Source: Candidatus Planktophila sp.
GTDB taxonomy: Bacteria > Actinomycetota > Actinomycetes > Nanopelagicales > Nanopelagicaceae
Length of the DNA: 64,000 bases
Strand: one strand, 5' to 3'
NCBI GenBank assembly: GCA_040402275.1
Contig: JBBAMW010000002.1
Shown here: piece after piece, positions 44,817 through 53,837 of the stretch
Layout: every line of letters starts with the position of its first letter
Numbering within the stretch: position 1 is the stretch's first letter
The notes under the pieces: generated by a model
What the model saw: only the letters and a program-made list of their open reading frames with translations
Database searches by the model: none
Told to the model about the DNA's origin: nothing
Translations under genes and position numbers: made by a program

Positions 44817-45635
44817 TTAAGCGCTAACCGATGTCTTCACACGTGGCTTAGACAGGTACGGAACCAGTACTGAGCCCAAATACAGGACATAGACAGCCAA
44901 TTGGAGCCATGAGGTAGTTGTATCAAAGCCGATGGTGCCAGACAGAGATGCTCCCATAATCGAATCCTTAGCGATAAATGAGGTCACATCCCATGCAAAG
45001 GCATCTGGACCTGGAAGGAATCCGAGCTCTTGGAATTCATGCACTCCATAGGACAAGACGCCAGCTGCAACGATAATCAAAGCCACACCTGAGTAGGTGA
45101 AGAACTTTGAAAGGTTCAATCTGATCGCACTCTTGTAGATCAAATATCCAAGAGTGATTGAGACAGCAAATCCTAAAATCAAACCGACTGTAGAGCTAGT
45201 TACATCTTCAACTGTTTGGAAGTTTGAGTAAACAAATAATGATGTTTCAAGACCTTCTCGAATAACAGCGAAAAACGCTGCCCCAGCAAGGGCTAGAGGC
45301 CCTGCACTTACTGCGCTATCTACTTTGCCTTGTAGATCATTGCGAAGATTGCGAGCAGTGCGCTTCATCCAGAAAACCATCCACGTTACTAACGCAACGG
45401 CAATAAAAGATGTGACACCAGCAAAAAGCTCTTCTCCACGATCGCTCAGTGACACAGATGTGTACGTTAGAAAGGCGCCCAGTCCGAAACTCGCGACGAC
45501 CGCGGTAACTACACCAGTCCACAAGGGCTTTAAGTAACCCTTGCGATTGGTCTTAACGATGTAGGCGACAAGAATTCCAACGATGAGACAGGCTTCGAGG
45601 CCTTCTCGTAGAGCAATAATGAATGTACTGAGCAT
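44817..45635 (-). CDS. efeU: FTR1/EfeU-family iron permease
   Basis: Two REGLE motifs and about 7 TM segments. Confidence 0.88.
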   Translation of the reverse strand: MLSTFIIALREGLEACLIVGILVAYIVKTNRKGYLKPLWTGVVTAVVASFGLGAFLTYTSVSLSDRGEELFAGVTSFIAVALVTWMVFWMKRTARNLRNDLQGKVDSAVSAGPLALAGAAFFAVIREGLETSLFVYSNFQTVEDVTSSTVGLILGFAVSITLGYLIYKSAIRLNLSKFFTYSGVALIIVAAGVLSYGVHEFQELGFLPGPDAFAWDVTSFIAKDSIMGASLSGTIGFDTTTSWLQLAVYVLYLGSVLVPYLSKPRVKTSVSA

Positions 45636-45661
45636 GGTTCAAAATCTAAGGTAAAAAGGGT

Positions 45662-45689
45662 AATTACGCAACTCTTATGTTGCGTAATT
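45662..45689 (-). terminator. Inverted repeat after the rnd stop (terminator or operator)
   Basis: AATTACGCAAC-tcttat-GTTGCGTAATT, followed on the minus strand by ACCCTTTTT. Confidence 0.6.
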
Positions 45690-46990
45690 CAGGCCTCCTC
45701 AGGCGTGGTTTCCGTCACTTCAGCCGCTGGCACCTCTGGAACGGGAACTGGTTCCTTTTCCAGCAGGGCGGCAGCAAGTGCTGGAGCCACGAGGGCTATC
45801 TGCCATTGACGGGCACCTAACTCAGTTAATGCGTGTTCGACAGCGGTGATGGAGAGAGTTTCTGTTGCACCATTTGGAGGTTTCCAACACACTCTTCGAA
45901 CATGCTCGGGGGTAATTAAATTTTCTACCGGAATTTCATTCTCTTGGGCAATGAGTTCAATTGCAGCACGCGCATGAGAAAGGGGTGCGAACTTTTCTGG
46001 AAATTTATCCCGCCACAATTTTATCGGAGGCAAGGTATCTGCATTTGTTCGCATTGCTGGCCATTGCTCATCTGGCAGCGCAACAGCCGTTGAGACACTT
46101 GAAAGCCACAGCGGCAAATTTTCTAACCATCTGGCCCTTAGCCCAAGAGGACGCAGAGCCTTTTCAAATTCTTTCTTGGTAACAGATGCCGCCATGGCAA
46201 GTTCAACAATTGCAGTGTCATTGAGCAGCTTTCCAGGAGCGATATCTTGTTCAGAGGCAACACGATCGCGGGCGACCCATAACTCTTTAATGATTGCGAG
46301 CTGATCACGACGCTTGATCTTATGCATGCCTGAAGTGCGCCTCCACGGATCAACGCGCGGGGGAGCAGGTGGTGCTGTAAGAATAGATGCAAACTCTTCT
46401 AGTGCCCATGACAATTTATTCGACTTCTCTAAAATCTCATACATAATGTCTCTGAGCTCTACAAGCAGCTCTACATCCAATGCAGCATAAGTCAGCCACT
46501 CTTGTGGCAAAGGACGAGCAGACCAATCTGCGGCGCTATGTTCTTTTGCTAAAGAAACTCCCATAAGAGTTTCAAGTAGTAGACCTAAACCAACACGTGG
46601 CAAACCAGCGATTCTGCCTGCTAATTCAGTGTCAAAGAGTCGATTTGGATTAATGCCTAATTCGCGTAGGCAGGGTAAGTCTTGGGTGCTTGCATGCAAG
46701 ATGACTTCATGAGTGTTTAACAAAGTATTGAGTTCTGCAAAAAGGTCATGACCAGGGCCAAAAGGAATTGGATCAATAAGGTGTAAACCACCATTGTTTC
46801 TCTTAATCTGGATTAGGTATGCACGTGCGCTATATCTAAACCCTGAAGCACGTTCAGCATCAACTGCAAATGGTCCGTGACCTTGTGCCAATTGCCCGAG
46901 CGCATCTTTGAATCTGGATTCGGTATCGATTACCGGTGGCGTTCCCTCGGCAGGGCGCAGTAAAGGTACTACAACGATTTCTTCGCTCAT
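45689..46990 (-). CDS. rnd: Ribonuclease D / HRDC-domain 3'-5' exonuclease
   Basis: VDAERASG, HA..QDLPCL, FDTELA, YAALDVE and HRDC region. Confidence 0.9.
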   Translation of the reverse strand: MSEEIVVVPLLRPAEGTPPVIDTESRFKDALGQLAQGHGPFAVDAERASGFRYSARAYLIQIKRNNGGLHLIDPIPFGPGHDLFAELNTLLNTHEVILHASTQDLPCLRELGINPNRLFDTELAGRIAGLPRVGLGLLLETLMGVSLAKEHSAADWSARPLPQEWLTYAALDVELLVELRDIMYEILEKSNKLSWALEEFASILTAPPAPPRVDPWRRTSGMHKIKRRDQLAIIKELWVARDRVASEQDIAPGKLLNDTAIVELAMAASVTKKEFEKALRPLGLRARWLENLPLWLSSVSTAVALPDEQWPAMRTNADTLPPIKLWRDKFPEKFAPLSHARAAIELIAQENEIPVENLITPEHVRRVCWKPPNGATETLSITAVEHALTELGARQWQIALVAPALAAALLEKEPVPVPEVPAAEVTETTPEEA

Positions 46991-46992
46991 AA

Positions 46993-47571
46993 TTATTGTC
47001 GACGCGCAGATGAAATAGCAGAGACTCCTTCAGGTACGGGTGGCAATCCTGCAACCTCTGATATTAAGTTGCACCAACTTTCAATGTGCTTTATTAATTC
47101 CTGTGGTTCAGTGATGATTGGCGTCCAGGAAGCTCGGATTTCAATTTCGGCATCATCGTTACGAGGAGAAAGTTTGCCGAAGGAAGCACTAGACACACGT
47201 GTAACAGTTCCACTAGGTGCATTGAAAGCGCATTGATTTCTCTCCAATGATTCCAGAAACCAGCTCCAGCCAATTTCAGGCAACAAGGGATCTTCTTGCA
47301 TTACTGGATCTACATCAGCGCTCACAAAAGTAACACAGCGGAATTCGCCATCCCATGTGGCCTGTCCACCTGGTTCGTGCAGCAGGACAAAGCGACCATT
47401 TGCAACTTCATCCTCTTCATCGGCTAACAGTCCATTAGAGACATCAGCGGAGAATGCAAAGGCAAATGTTGCTAATTTTTGAGGGGCGGGCACTTCTATA
47501 AGTGCGACCTCAGCCCGCGGGGTAAATGTGCGAAGTTGATCCACTAACCGCTCAAAAGCATTCGCATCCAT
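46993..47571 (-). CDS. DUF3000 family protein
   Basis: PAPQ.LA, GRFVLLH.P.G...W.G.FR and E.RASWTP; adjacent to rnd. Confidence 0.85.
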   Translation of the reverse strand: MDANAFERLVDQLRTFTPRAEVALIEVPAPQKLATFAFAFSADVSNGLLADEEDEVANGRFVLLHEPGGQATWDGEFRCVTFVSADVDPVMQEDPLLPEIGWSWFLESLERNQCAFNAPSGTVTRVSSASFGKLSPRNDDAEIEIRASWTPIITEPQELIKHIESWCNLISEVAGLPPVPEGVSAISSARRQ

Positions 47572-47631
47572 TACCTCAGGATAAAGAATTAACACAGCAT
47601 TTTATGGGAGGCGGGGCGGTAACCTTGCGCA

Positions 47632-48471
47632 ATGGCTTCGCTATTGGCGCTACTTTCAAGTGCAATGTGGGGGACGGCAGATTTTTTCGCCGGGCGCCTT
47701 AGCAAGAAACATCATCCATTTGCAGTCCTTGGTTTTTCTCAAGTCTTTGGTTTGCTTGTCGGAGTATTGATAGTTGTTATCTCCGGAAGTTGGCAAGGCA
47801 AAGTATTAGGTTTCGATGGTTTTTTGATTCCAGGTGCACTTGCCGGACTGTTTGGCTATATCGGACTTGCATGTTTGTATGAAGGATTATCAACTGGTCG
47901 CATGGGTGTTGTTTCACCAATAAGCTCATTAAGCACCGTTATTCCATTGGCATATGCACTGATTACAGGTGATGTCCTTTCAACAATAACTTTATTTGGC
48001 GTAGTAATTGCTTTAGTTGGAGTCTTTTGCGCAAGCGGCCCAGAACTATCTCAAGGACTTCCGTTAAAGCCGATTCTTCTAGCTTTAGGAGCTGCAGCTG
48101 GTTTTGGTTTAGCGCTTACATTTATCGCTATTGGGTCTCAAAGCAGTGCATTGCTGACAATGGTCTCGATGCGTGGTGCAACATTTTTCGTCACGATCTC
48201 TTTGGCAATTAAATTTAAGACGTCAGGTAATTTCGATAAGAAAGCAATCCCTCTACTTTTCTTTATTGGTGCAGCAGATTTTATTGCGAATTTACTCCTT
48301 GGAATTGCCTGCACTAAGGGGCTTGTTTCAGTTGCAATGGTTTTTGGTTCCTTATATCCGATTGCCACTGCAGTTCTGGCCTATAAGTTCTTGCAGGAAA
48401 GGCTGCACAGAGTTCAATACATTGGTATTGCTCTAGCTGTTGCAGGAGTTTCGATTATTTCAGCCTTCTAA
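47632..48471 (+). CDS. EamA/DMT-family transporter
   Basis: WG..DF..G, G.M.VVSP and SLYP; about 10 TM segments. Confidence 0.85.
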   Translation: MASLLALLSSAMWGTADFFAGRLSKKHHPFAVLGFSQVFGLLVGVLIVVISGSWQGKVLGFDGFLIPGALAGLFGYIGLACLYEGLSTGRMGVVSPISSLSTVIPLAYALITGDVLSTITLFGVVIALVGVFCASGPELSQGLPLKPILLALGAAAGFGLALTFIAIGSQSSALLTMVSMRGATFFVTISLAIKFKTSGNFDKKAIPLLFFIGAADFIANLLLGIACTKGLVSVAMVFGSLYPIATAVLAYKFLQERLHRVQYIGIALAVAGVSIISAF

Positions 48472-48959
48472 TTGCGAGCTGAGTAAAAAATAGTTCCTTC
48501 GACCTCGTGAGATGTGCTGTGTGTAAATTTTGCTAGCAGCCCTTTCCAGTCGATGCGCTCATCGCCTCCTGACGCAGGGGTAACACTGAGTTCAAGTTGG
48601 TCGATGACTGCGTGATCGATCAGTTCATTGATCATTGTTATGCCGCCCTCAATCAAAATCTTTTCACCAAATTGCTTGCGGGCTTTTTCAACTGCTTGCA
48701 CTGGAGAACAATTCCACAGTAGGGCCAGGTGATTGCCTTGAACTGGATTTACAAGAGATCGCGAAATCACGACTAGAGGAACTGGGGTCCGGTTATATGG
48801 TTCATGGCGGGCGGTATTGCCGCCAATAATGATGCAATCCACCTCACGACGACGCTGAAGAAATACTTGGCGATCGGCTGCGGAGCTAACGCCGGCTGAT
48901 CGGCTCTCTTTAGAGGTTGAGCCATCAGATCCAACGACAAGGGTTGCAACGATGCTCAC
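48468..48959 (-). CDS. RibD C-terminal / dihydrofolate-reductase-fold protein
   Basis: DG, D.IIIGG.T.R.E.Y, ILIEGG and D.L.LS..P. Confidence 0.75.
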   Translation of the reverse strand: MSIVATLVVGSDGSTSKESRSAGVSSAADRQVFLQRRREVDCIIIGGNTARHEPYNRTPVPLVVISRSLVNPVQGNHLALLWNCSPVQAVEKARKQFGEKILIEGGITMINELIDHAVIDQLELSVTPASGGDERIDWKGLLAKFTHSTSHEVEGTIFYSARN

Positions 48960-49003
48960 GCGGGCAAGTATTGCTTACGCCAGCTTTTTTCTCTCAAGAA
49001 ATC

Positions 49004-49025
49004 TGTCAGTGGCAGCCTTTACATT
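49004..49025 (+). promoter_or_regulatory. Second RecA-NDp / PafBC-type promoter
   Basis: TGTCAGTG-gcagcctt-TACATT; shares AAATCTGTCAGTG with the recA promoter. Confidence 0.72.
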
Positions 49026-49032
49026 TATGTCC

Positions 49033-49206
49033 ATGATCATCGATTGCAATAAATGCACCATGGCTACGATCGCCTGTAACACATGCGTCGTCGCCTTTTT
49101 CCTCGAACCCTCAGCTGATATCAGCGATGCAACACTCTCGGCGCTCACCGTTCTTGCCGACAGTGGACTGACCCCACCACTGCAGTTTGACGCTCGTGGG
49201 GCTTAG
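49033..49206 (+). CDS. Small Cys-rich protein (CxxC-x6-CxxC), 57 aa, leaderless
   Basis: MIIDCNKC......CNTCVV...AL.VLADSGL.PPL; ATG 7 nt after the -10. Confidence 0.72.
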   Translation: MIIDCNKCTMATIACNTCVVAFFLEPSADISDATLSALTVLADSGLTPPLQFDARGA

Positions 49207-49280
49207 GGTGGTTGGAATTTAAAGCGCTTTTAAGGCCATGAGGTTGAGATTGGGGCGCAGGCGAGGTTAGCCTTGTGCAC

Positions 49281-49361
49281 ATGTCTTTTTCCCTGCGTGT
49301 AAGAGTTACCACCAGTAGTTCTCCTGGTAGAAAATCATTGCTTGGAGACGGCCGTTTCTAA
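49281..49361 (+). pseudogene. Possible 5' remnant of a deleted gene, or a uORF (26 codons)
   Basis: TAGCCT-7nt-ATG, then MSFSLRVRVTTSSSPGRKSLLGDGRF*, overlapping the glycosyltransferase start. Confidence 0.3.
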
Positions 49362-50493
49362 TCCCGTTCTGTTTGTCACCAATGACTTTGGTCCACGAGC
49401 CGGTGGCATAGAAACTTTCATCATTGGATTGATTCAACGTCGCCCATATGGTCAAACCATTGTCTACACATCCGCCCAAGCAAACTGCGAACAATATGAT
49501 GCTGAGTGGCTGGCTAATTACGGAGTCCGGGTCATTCGGGATCGATCAAAAATTCTTTTGCCAACTCCGAGAGTTTTGTTTCATTTAAAAAAGATTATCC
49601 GCAAGGAAGGTATTACAACAGCAGCTTTCGGAGCCGCAGCTCCACTTGGACTTCTATCTGCTGGTATGAAGCGCTCCGGGGTCAAACGAACAGTTGCTCT
49701 TACGCACGGACATGAAGTGTGGTGGGCAAAAGTTTTTCCATTCAATCTATTGCTGTGTCGAATTGGTTCAACAGTTGATGTGCTCACATATTTGGGAGAG
49801 TTTACTCGTAACGCGATCTCAAAGGCGCTAACTGCCCATGCGATATCAGAAATGGTAAAAATTGCCCCCGGAATCGACATTGATCACTTTTTTCCAACCG
49901 ATGCAACAGCTCTTCGACAATCATTGGGATTGTCAGAGAAGAAAGTAATTGTCTCTGTTGGGCGCTTAGTTCATCGTAAAGGTCAAGATCGCTTAATTGA
50001 GGCTATGCCCGAGATTCTAAAAAGTGTGCCATCAGCACATCTATTGCTAATTGGAGAAGGTCCTTACAGAGAGCACCTAGAAAAGCTAGTCAAGGAACAC
50101 GAACTCAATACGTCAATTACTTTTATAGGCAGAATTCAATACAAAGATTTGCCCATGTATCTGTGCGCTGGAGATATTTTTGCAATGCCCAGCCGTTCAC
50201 GATTGATGGGTCTTGAAGTTGAAGGACTCGGAATCGTCTATCTTGAAGCCAGTTCTTGTGGATTGCCAGTACTTGCTGGAAATTCAGGGGGAGCACCTGA
50301 TGCTGTTATACAGAACAAAACAGGCTTGGTTGTTAATGGAACAGACAATAGACAGGTTGCAACAGCTGCAATCGAGCTACTAACAAATGTTGAGTCGTCA
50401 CAAAAGATGGGCATCGCTGGACGTCAGTGGATTATTGACAACTGGCGTTGGGAAATTTGGTCTAAAGATTTTGAGGATTTGTTAAACAAGTAA
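49342..50493 (+). CDS. GT4 glycosyltransferase (PimB'-like mannosyltransferase)
   Basis: VTNDF.PR.GGIE, FGAAAPL, THGHE, RKGQD and EGLGIVYLEAS..GLPV. Confidence 0.88.
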   Translation: METAVSNPVLFVTNDFGPRAGGIETFIIGLIQRRPYGQTIVYTSAQANCEQYDAEWLANYGVRVIRDRSKILLPTPRVLFHLKKIIRKEGITTAAFGAAAPLGLLSAGMKRSGVKRTVALTHGHEVWWAKVFPFNLLLCRIGSTVDVLTYLGEFTRNAISKALTAHAISEMVKIAPGIDIDHFFPTDATALRQSLGLSEKKVIVSVGRLVHRKGQDRLIEAMPEILKSVPSAHLLLIGEGPYREHLEKLVKEHELNTSITFIGRIQYKDLPMYLCAGDIFAMPSRSRLMGLEVEGLGIVYLEASSCGLPVLAGNSGGAPDAVIQNKTGLVVNGTDNRQVATAAIELLTNVESSQKMGIAGRQWIIDNWRWEIWSKDFEDLLNK

Positions 50494-51078
50494 TCCACGT
50501 TCTCGAGCAATGCTTAACGCCTGTACTCGGTTATCAGCATCTAGTTTTCGTAAAATAGATGAGACATGAGTCTTCACGGTGGAAACTGAGACATAGAGTT
50601 GTGTGGCAATGGCGGCGTTGGTTAAACCATGGTTGATGGATTGAAGCACATCTATTTCTCGAGCACTAAGACCAGAATCAACCCCTGATGCAGTTGTGTA
50701 TTTGCTGCTAAATGAGGTTGGGCTAGATATTGCAAAATCTAGGGCTGCAATCAGATCTGTGAGGGGTGCGCTCTTAACAATGAAAGCATTAGCCCCCGCG
50801 TACTTTGCAGCCCGGAGATAATCTTCACCATCATTGAGTGTTAGTACGACTATGGCTGTTGAAGGTGAGATTTTTCGAGACCACGCAATTAAATCAAATC
50901 CGGAGCCATCGGGCAGATTGATATCAACAATGATTGCATTGGGGTTTGTTTGCGCCATAAATGCTTGCGCTTCATTGATTGATCCTGCTTCTGCAACTAC
51001 TTCATAACCATGTGATTCGATTGCTGATTTGAGCCCATGGCGCACAACGGCATGGTCATCAACAATCAACACCTTCAT
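50482..51078 (-). CDS. NarL/LuxR-family response regulator
   Basis: DDH, phospho-Asp in VDINLPD, conserved T and K, LuxR HTH (LS.RE...TVKTHVS). Confidence 0.93.
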   Translation of the reverse strand: MKVLIVDDHAVVRHGLKSAIESHGYEVVAEAGSINEAQAFMAQTNPNAIIVDINLPDGSGFDLIAWSRKISPSTAIVVLTLNDGEDYLRAAKYAGANAFIVKSAPLTDLIAALDFAISSPTSFSSKYTTASGVDSGLSAREIDVLQSINHGLTNAAIATQLYVSVSTVKTHVSSILRKLDADNRVQALSIARERGLLV

Positions 51079-51080
51079 TA

Positions 51081-51554
51081 TTACCTTTCCAAAGGCAGCT
51101 CAATACTTATTTTTGTCCCTAGTTGGCTGGAGTCAATAGCGATATCCCCACCTATACCAGCTATTCGCTCTTGTACTCCAACAAGACCGAAGCTGCCCTC
51201 TTTGCTGCGTGCGCCTCCAATGCCGTTATCTGTAATCTGGATTGACAGGTGTGAGGCTTGTGCATGTTCTGAAACATTACGAAGAATTTCAGATAGAACT
51301 CTTATTAGTTCGTAGGTGAAATCCTTCTCCTCAACCTCAGGGATTAAGTCAGAGGCTGTGCGGAGCTGGTGAATTTCTAATCTAACTTTGTTAATCAATT
51401 CACTTATCGCAAATCTCACCTGGCGTAGAGACTCTTTTGCTTGCAGATCTTGAGAGTAAGAAATCATTGAATCAATGGAAAAGCCCAGGCCTACAAGGTC
51501 CTGGGCGATTCCATCATGAAGTTCTTGAGCGAGTATTACCCGCCTATCGTTCAT
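51081..51554 (-). CDS. Minimal HisKA_3 histidine kinase with no sensor domain
   Basis: ELHD H-box at about residue 13, E.LRN..EHA N-box, DNGIG, FGL.GVQER and GTKI; 157 aa. Confidence 0.8.
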   Translation of the reverse strand: MNDRRVILAQELHDGIAQDLVGLGFSIDSMISYSQDLQAKESLRQVRFAISELINKVRLEIHQLRTASDLIPEVEEKDFTYELIRVLSEILRNVSEHAQASHLSIQITDNGIGGARSKEGSFGLVGVQERIAGIGGDIAIDSSQLGTKISIELPLER

Positions 51555-53341
51555 TTAGAAAATAGTGCATCGATCTCTTGCGCAAACTCCTTTGCAACTA
51601 CATGGCGCTTAATAGAAAGCTTGGCAGTCAGATGACCGCCTGCGATTGTGAAGTCCACAGGAAGAATTGTAAATTTGCGGATTGATTCAGCTTTGCTCAC
51701 AGCCTTATTTGCTTCATCGACAGCGGTTTGAACGACAGCGATCAAATCAGGATCATTGATCAAATCGTTGATGGAAGCCCCATCTTTTTTATTGTTAGCA
51801 ACCCATACCTTCAGTGCATCGGGATCGATAGTCACAAGTGCTGCTATAAATGGCTGGTTATCGCCAACGACTATGCACTGGCTTACCAATGGATGGGAAC
51901 GTAGGCGATCTTCTAGAACTGCTGGTGCCACATTTTTTCCACCAGCTGTCACAATTATTTCCTTCTTGCGACCAACGATGTATAAGAATCCATCATCATC
52001 TAATTTTCCAAGGTCCCCAGTCATAAACCAACGCTCTCCATCAAAAACTTCGGCGTTAGCGGCATTGTTTTGCCAATATCCATCCATCACAATTGGGCCA
52101 CGTAGGAGAACTTCTCCATCCTCTGCAATCTTTACTGAAGTACCTGGTACTGGCTTGCCAACAGAACCAACACGATGTGCACCAAACAAGTTCAGGGTTG
52201 CACCAGCAGTTGTTTCTGTTAAGCCGTAGCCTTCAAGAATTGTTACGCCAGCACCACGATAGAAGTGTCCGAGGCGCACACCGAGAGGTGCTCCACCTGA
52301 AATCGCTGCCTCGACATTTCCGCCCATTCCAGCGCGAATCTTGCTGTAGACAAGCTTGTCAAAAACCGCATGCTTGAACTTGAGAACTGGTGACATGCCC
52401 TTCTTATCAAGTCCTTCTGAGTATGCGATTGCAACATCAGCAGCCTTCTTAAAAATCTTTCCTTTACCAGCAGCTTCTGCGCGAGCTTCTGCGCCGTTGT
52501 AGATCTTTTCAAAGATGCGAGGAACTGCCAAAACAAATGTTGGCTTAAATGAGGCCAAATCCATTGGCAAGCGTGTTATGGGATCGCTGCAATGTGCAAG
52601 GTGAAGACCTGATGCAATTGCTCCAATTTGAACCATACGGCCAAATACGTGAGCAACTGGTAGGAATAGAAGAGTTGATCCACCAGGCTTTAGAAAGAGT
52701 TCACTTGCACCTTGAGCAACGTTTCCGGTCTCTGAAAGGAAATTAGCATGTGTTAATTGCACGCCCTTTGGCTTTCCAGTTGTGCCTGATGTGTAGATCA
52801 AGGTTGCTAGTGATGATGGAAGGACTGCGTTTCTGCGGCGTTCAATTTCATCATCACCAATACTCTTACCGGCCTCACGCAAGATTGATAACACATCATC
52901 TGTCATCGTCCACACCTGACGAGTGTGGGATGGAATCACAGTTTGTACTAAATCACGTAATGCGGGTGTTTCAACAATAATTGCAACTGAGTGAGAGTCA
53001 TTGAGAATCCAATCAATCTGTTCAGCAGATGATGTGTCATAGATTGGCACGACAACTGCCCCTGCATACCATGTAGCAAAATCTAAGATCGTCCATTCAT
53101 ACCGTGTACGCGCCATGATTGCGACGCGATCTCCGATTTGAATTCCGGCGGCTATCAAACCTTTGGCAGTCGCTCGGACTTCTTCATCAACTTCGCGAGC
53201 GGTTACGGGTTGCCATCCTTCGCCCAGTGGACGAGACATGGTGATGCGCTCTGGTTCAAACCAGGCACGTTCAGCGATCAAATTAGTGAGATTTCCAGCT
53301 GTTGCAGCAGGAACTAGCGGAGGGATTGATATTTCATTCAT
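51551..53341 (-). CDS. fadD: Long-chain acyl-CoA synthetase (FadD15-like)
   Basis: YTSGTTGKPKG, GYGLTET, TGDLG and GRKKE...TAGGKNVAP. Confidence 0.92.
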   Translation of the reverse strand: MNEISIPPLVPAATAGNLTNLIAERAWFEPERITMSRPLGEGWQPVTAREVDEEVRATAKGLIAAGIQIGDRVAIMARTRYEWTILDFATWYAGAVVVPIYDTSSAEQIDWILNDSHSVAIIVETPALRDLVQTVIPSHTRQVWTMTDDVLSILREAGKSIGDDEIERRRNAVLPSSLATLIYTSGTTGKPKGVQLTHANFLSETGNVAQGASELFLKPGGSTLLFLPVAHVFGRMVQIGAIASGLHLAHCSDPITRLPMDLASFKPTFVLAVPRIFEKIYNGAEARAEAAGKGKIFKKAADVAIAYSEGLDKKGMSPVLKFKHAVFDKLVYSKIRAGMGGNVEAAISGGAPLGVRLGHFYRGAGVTILEGYGLTETTAGATLNLFGAHRVGSVGKPVPGTSVKIAEDGEVLLRGPIVMDGYWQNNAANAEVFDGERWFMTGDLGKLDDDGFLYIVGRKKEIIVTAGGKNVAPAVLEDRLRSHPLVSQCIVVGDNQPFIAALVTIDPDALKVWVANNKKDGASINDLINDPDLIAVVQTAVDEANKAVSKAESIRKFTILPVDFTIAGGHLTAKLSIKRHVVAKEFAQEIDALFSK

Positions 53342-53394
53342 GGGCCAACGCTAGCGTGGGGGAAGTGGAAAGGTAAAGAGGGTAACCTTCTGCC

Positions 53395-53832
53395 ATGAGC
53401 GAATTCAGCAAATCCACGATAAGTATTGACGCCCCTATTTCCGCGGTTCAAGAGGCGCTGTTTGCCCTGGACAAGTACCCCGAGTGGTCGACCCAGATTA
53501 AATCAGCCGAAGCGATTGCCCGCGATGATCAGGGGCGAATCACGAAGGTAAAGATGAGTATCGATGCGGGCATGATGAAAGATCGTCCGACATTGGATTA
53601 TGACTGGAGCGCTGCACCTAGCAAGTTGAGCTTCTCGCTAGATGATGCAGATCTTTTGACCGGCATGGATGGAATTTACTCAATCAAGAGCATCGATGAG
53701 GACACAACTGAGGTTACATACGAACTCGAAGTTTCATTGTCAATGCCACTACCTGCGTCGATGCGACAGAAAGCAGAGAAGGCAACGATTGATGCAGCGT
53801 TGTCACAACTCAAAACTCATCTAGAGGGATAG
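53395..53832 (+). CDS. SRPBCC / polyketide cyclase-like protein
   Basis: YPEW motif and START-like pattern; conserved position next to fadD and glk. Confidence 0.82.
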   Translation: MSEFSKSTISIDAPISAVQEALFALDKYPEWSTQIKSAEAIARDDQGRITKVKMSIDAGMMKDRPTLDYDWSAAPSKLSFSLDDADLLTGMDGIYSIKSIDEDTTEVTYELEVSLSMPLPASMRQKAEKATIDAALSQLKTHLEG

Positions 53833-53837
53833 TTCTT

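Noticed and set aside
45646-45664. Possible IdeR/DtxR box upstream of efeU
   Set aside because: Only one half-site (TAAGGTAA) resembles the consensus
51545-51560. Programmed frameshift fusing FadD to the kinase
   Set aside because: No canonical slippery heptamer is visible; ordinary ATGA coupling explains the overlap
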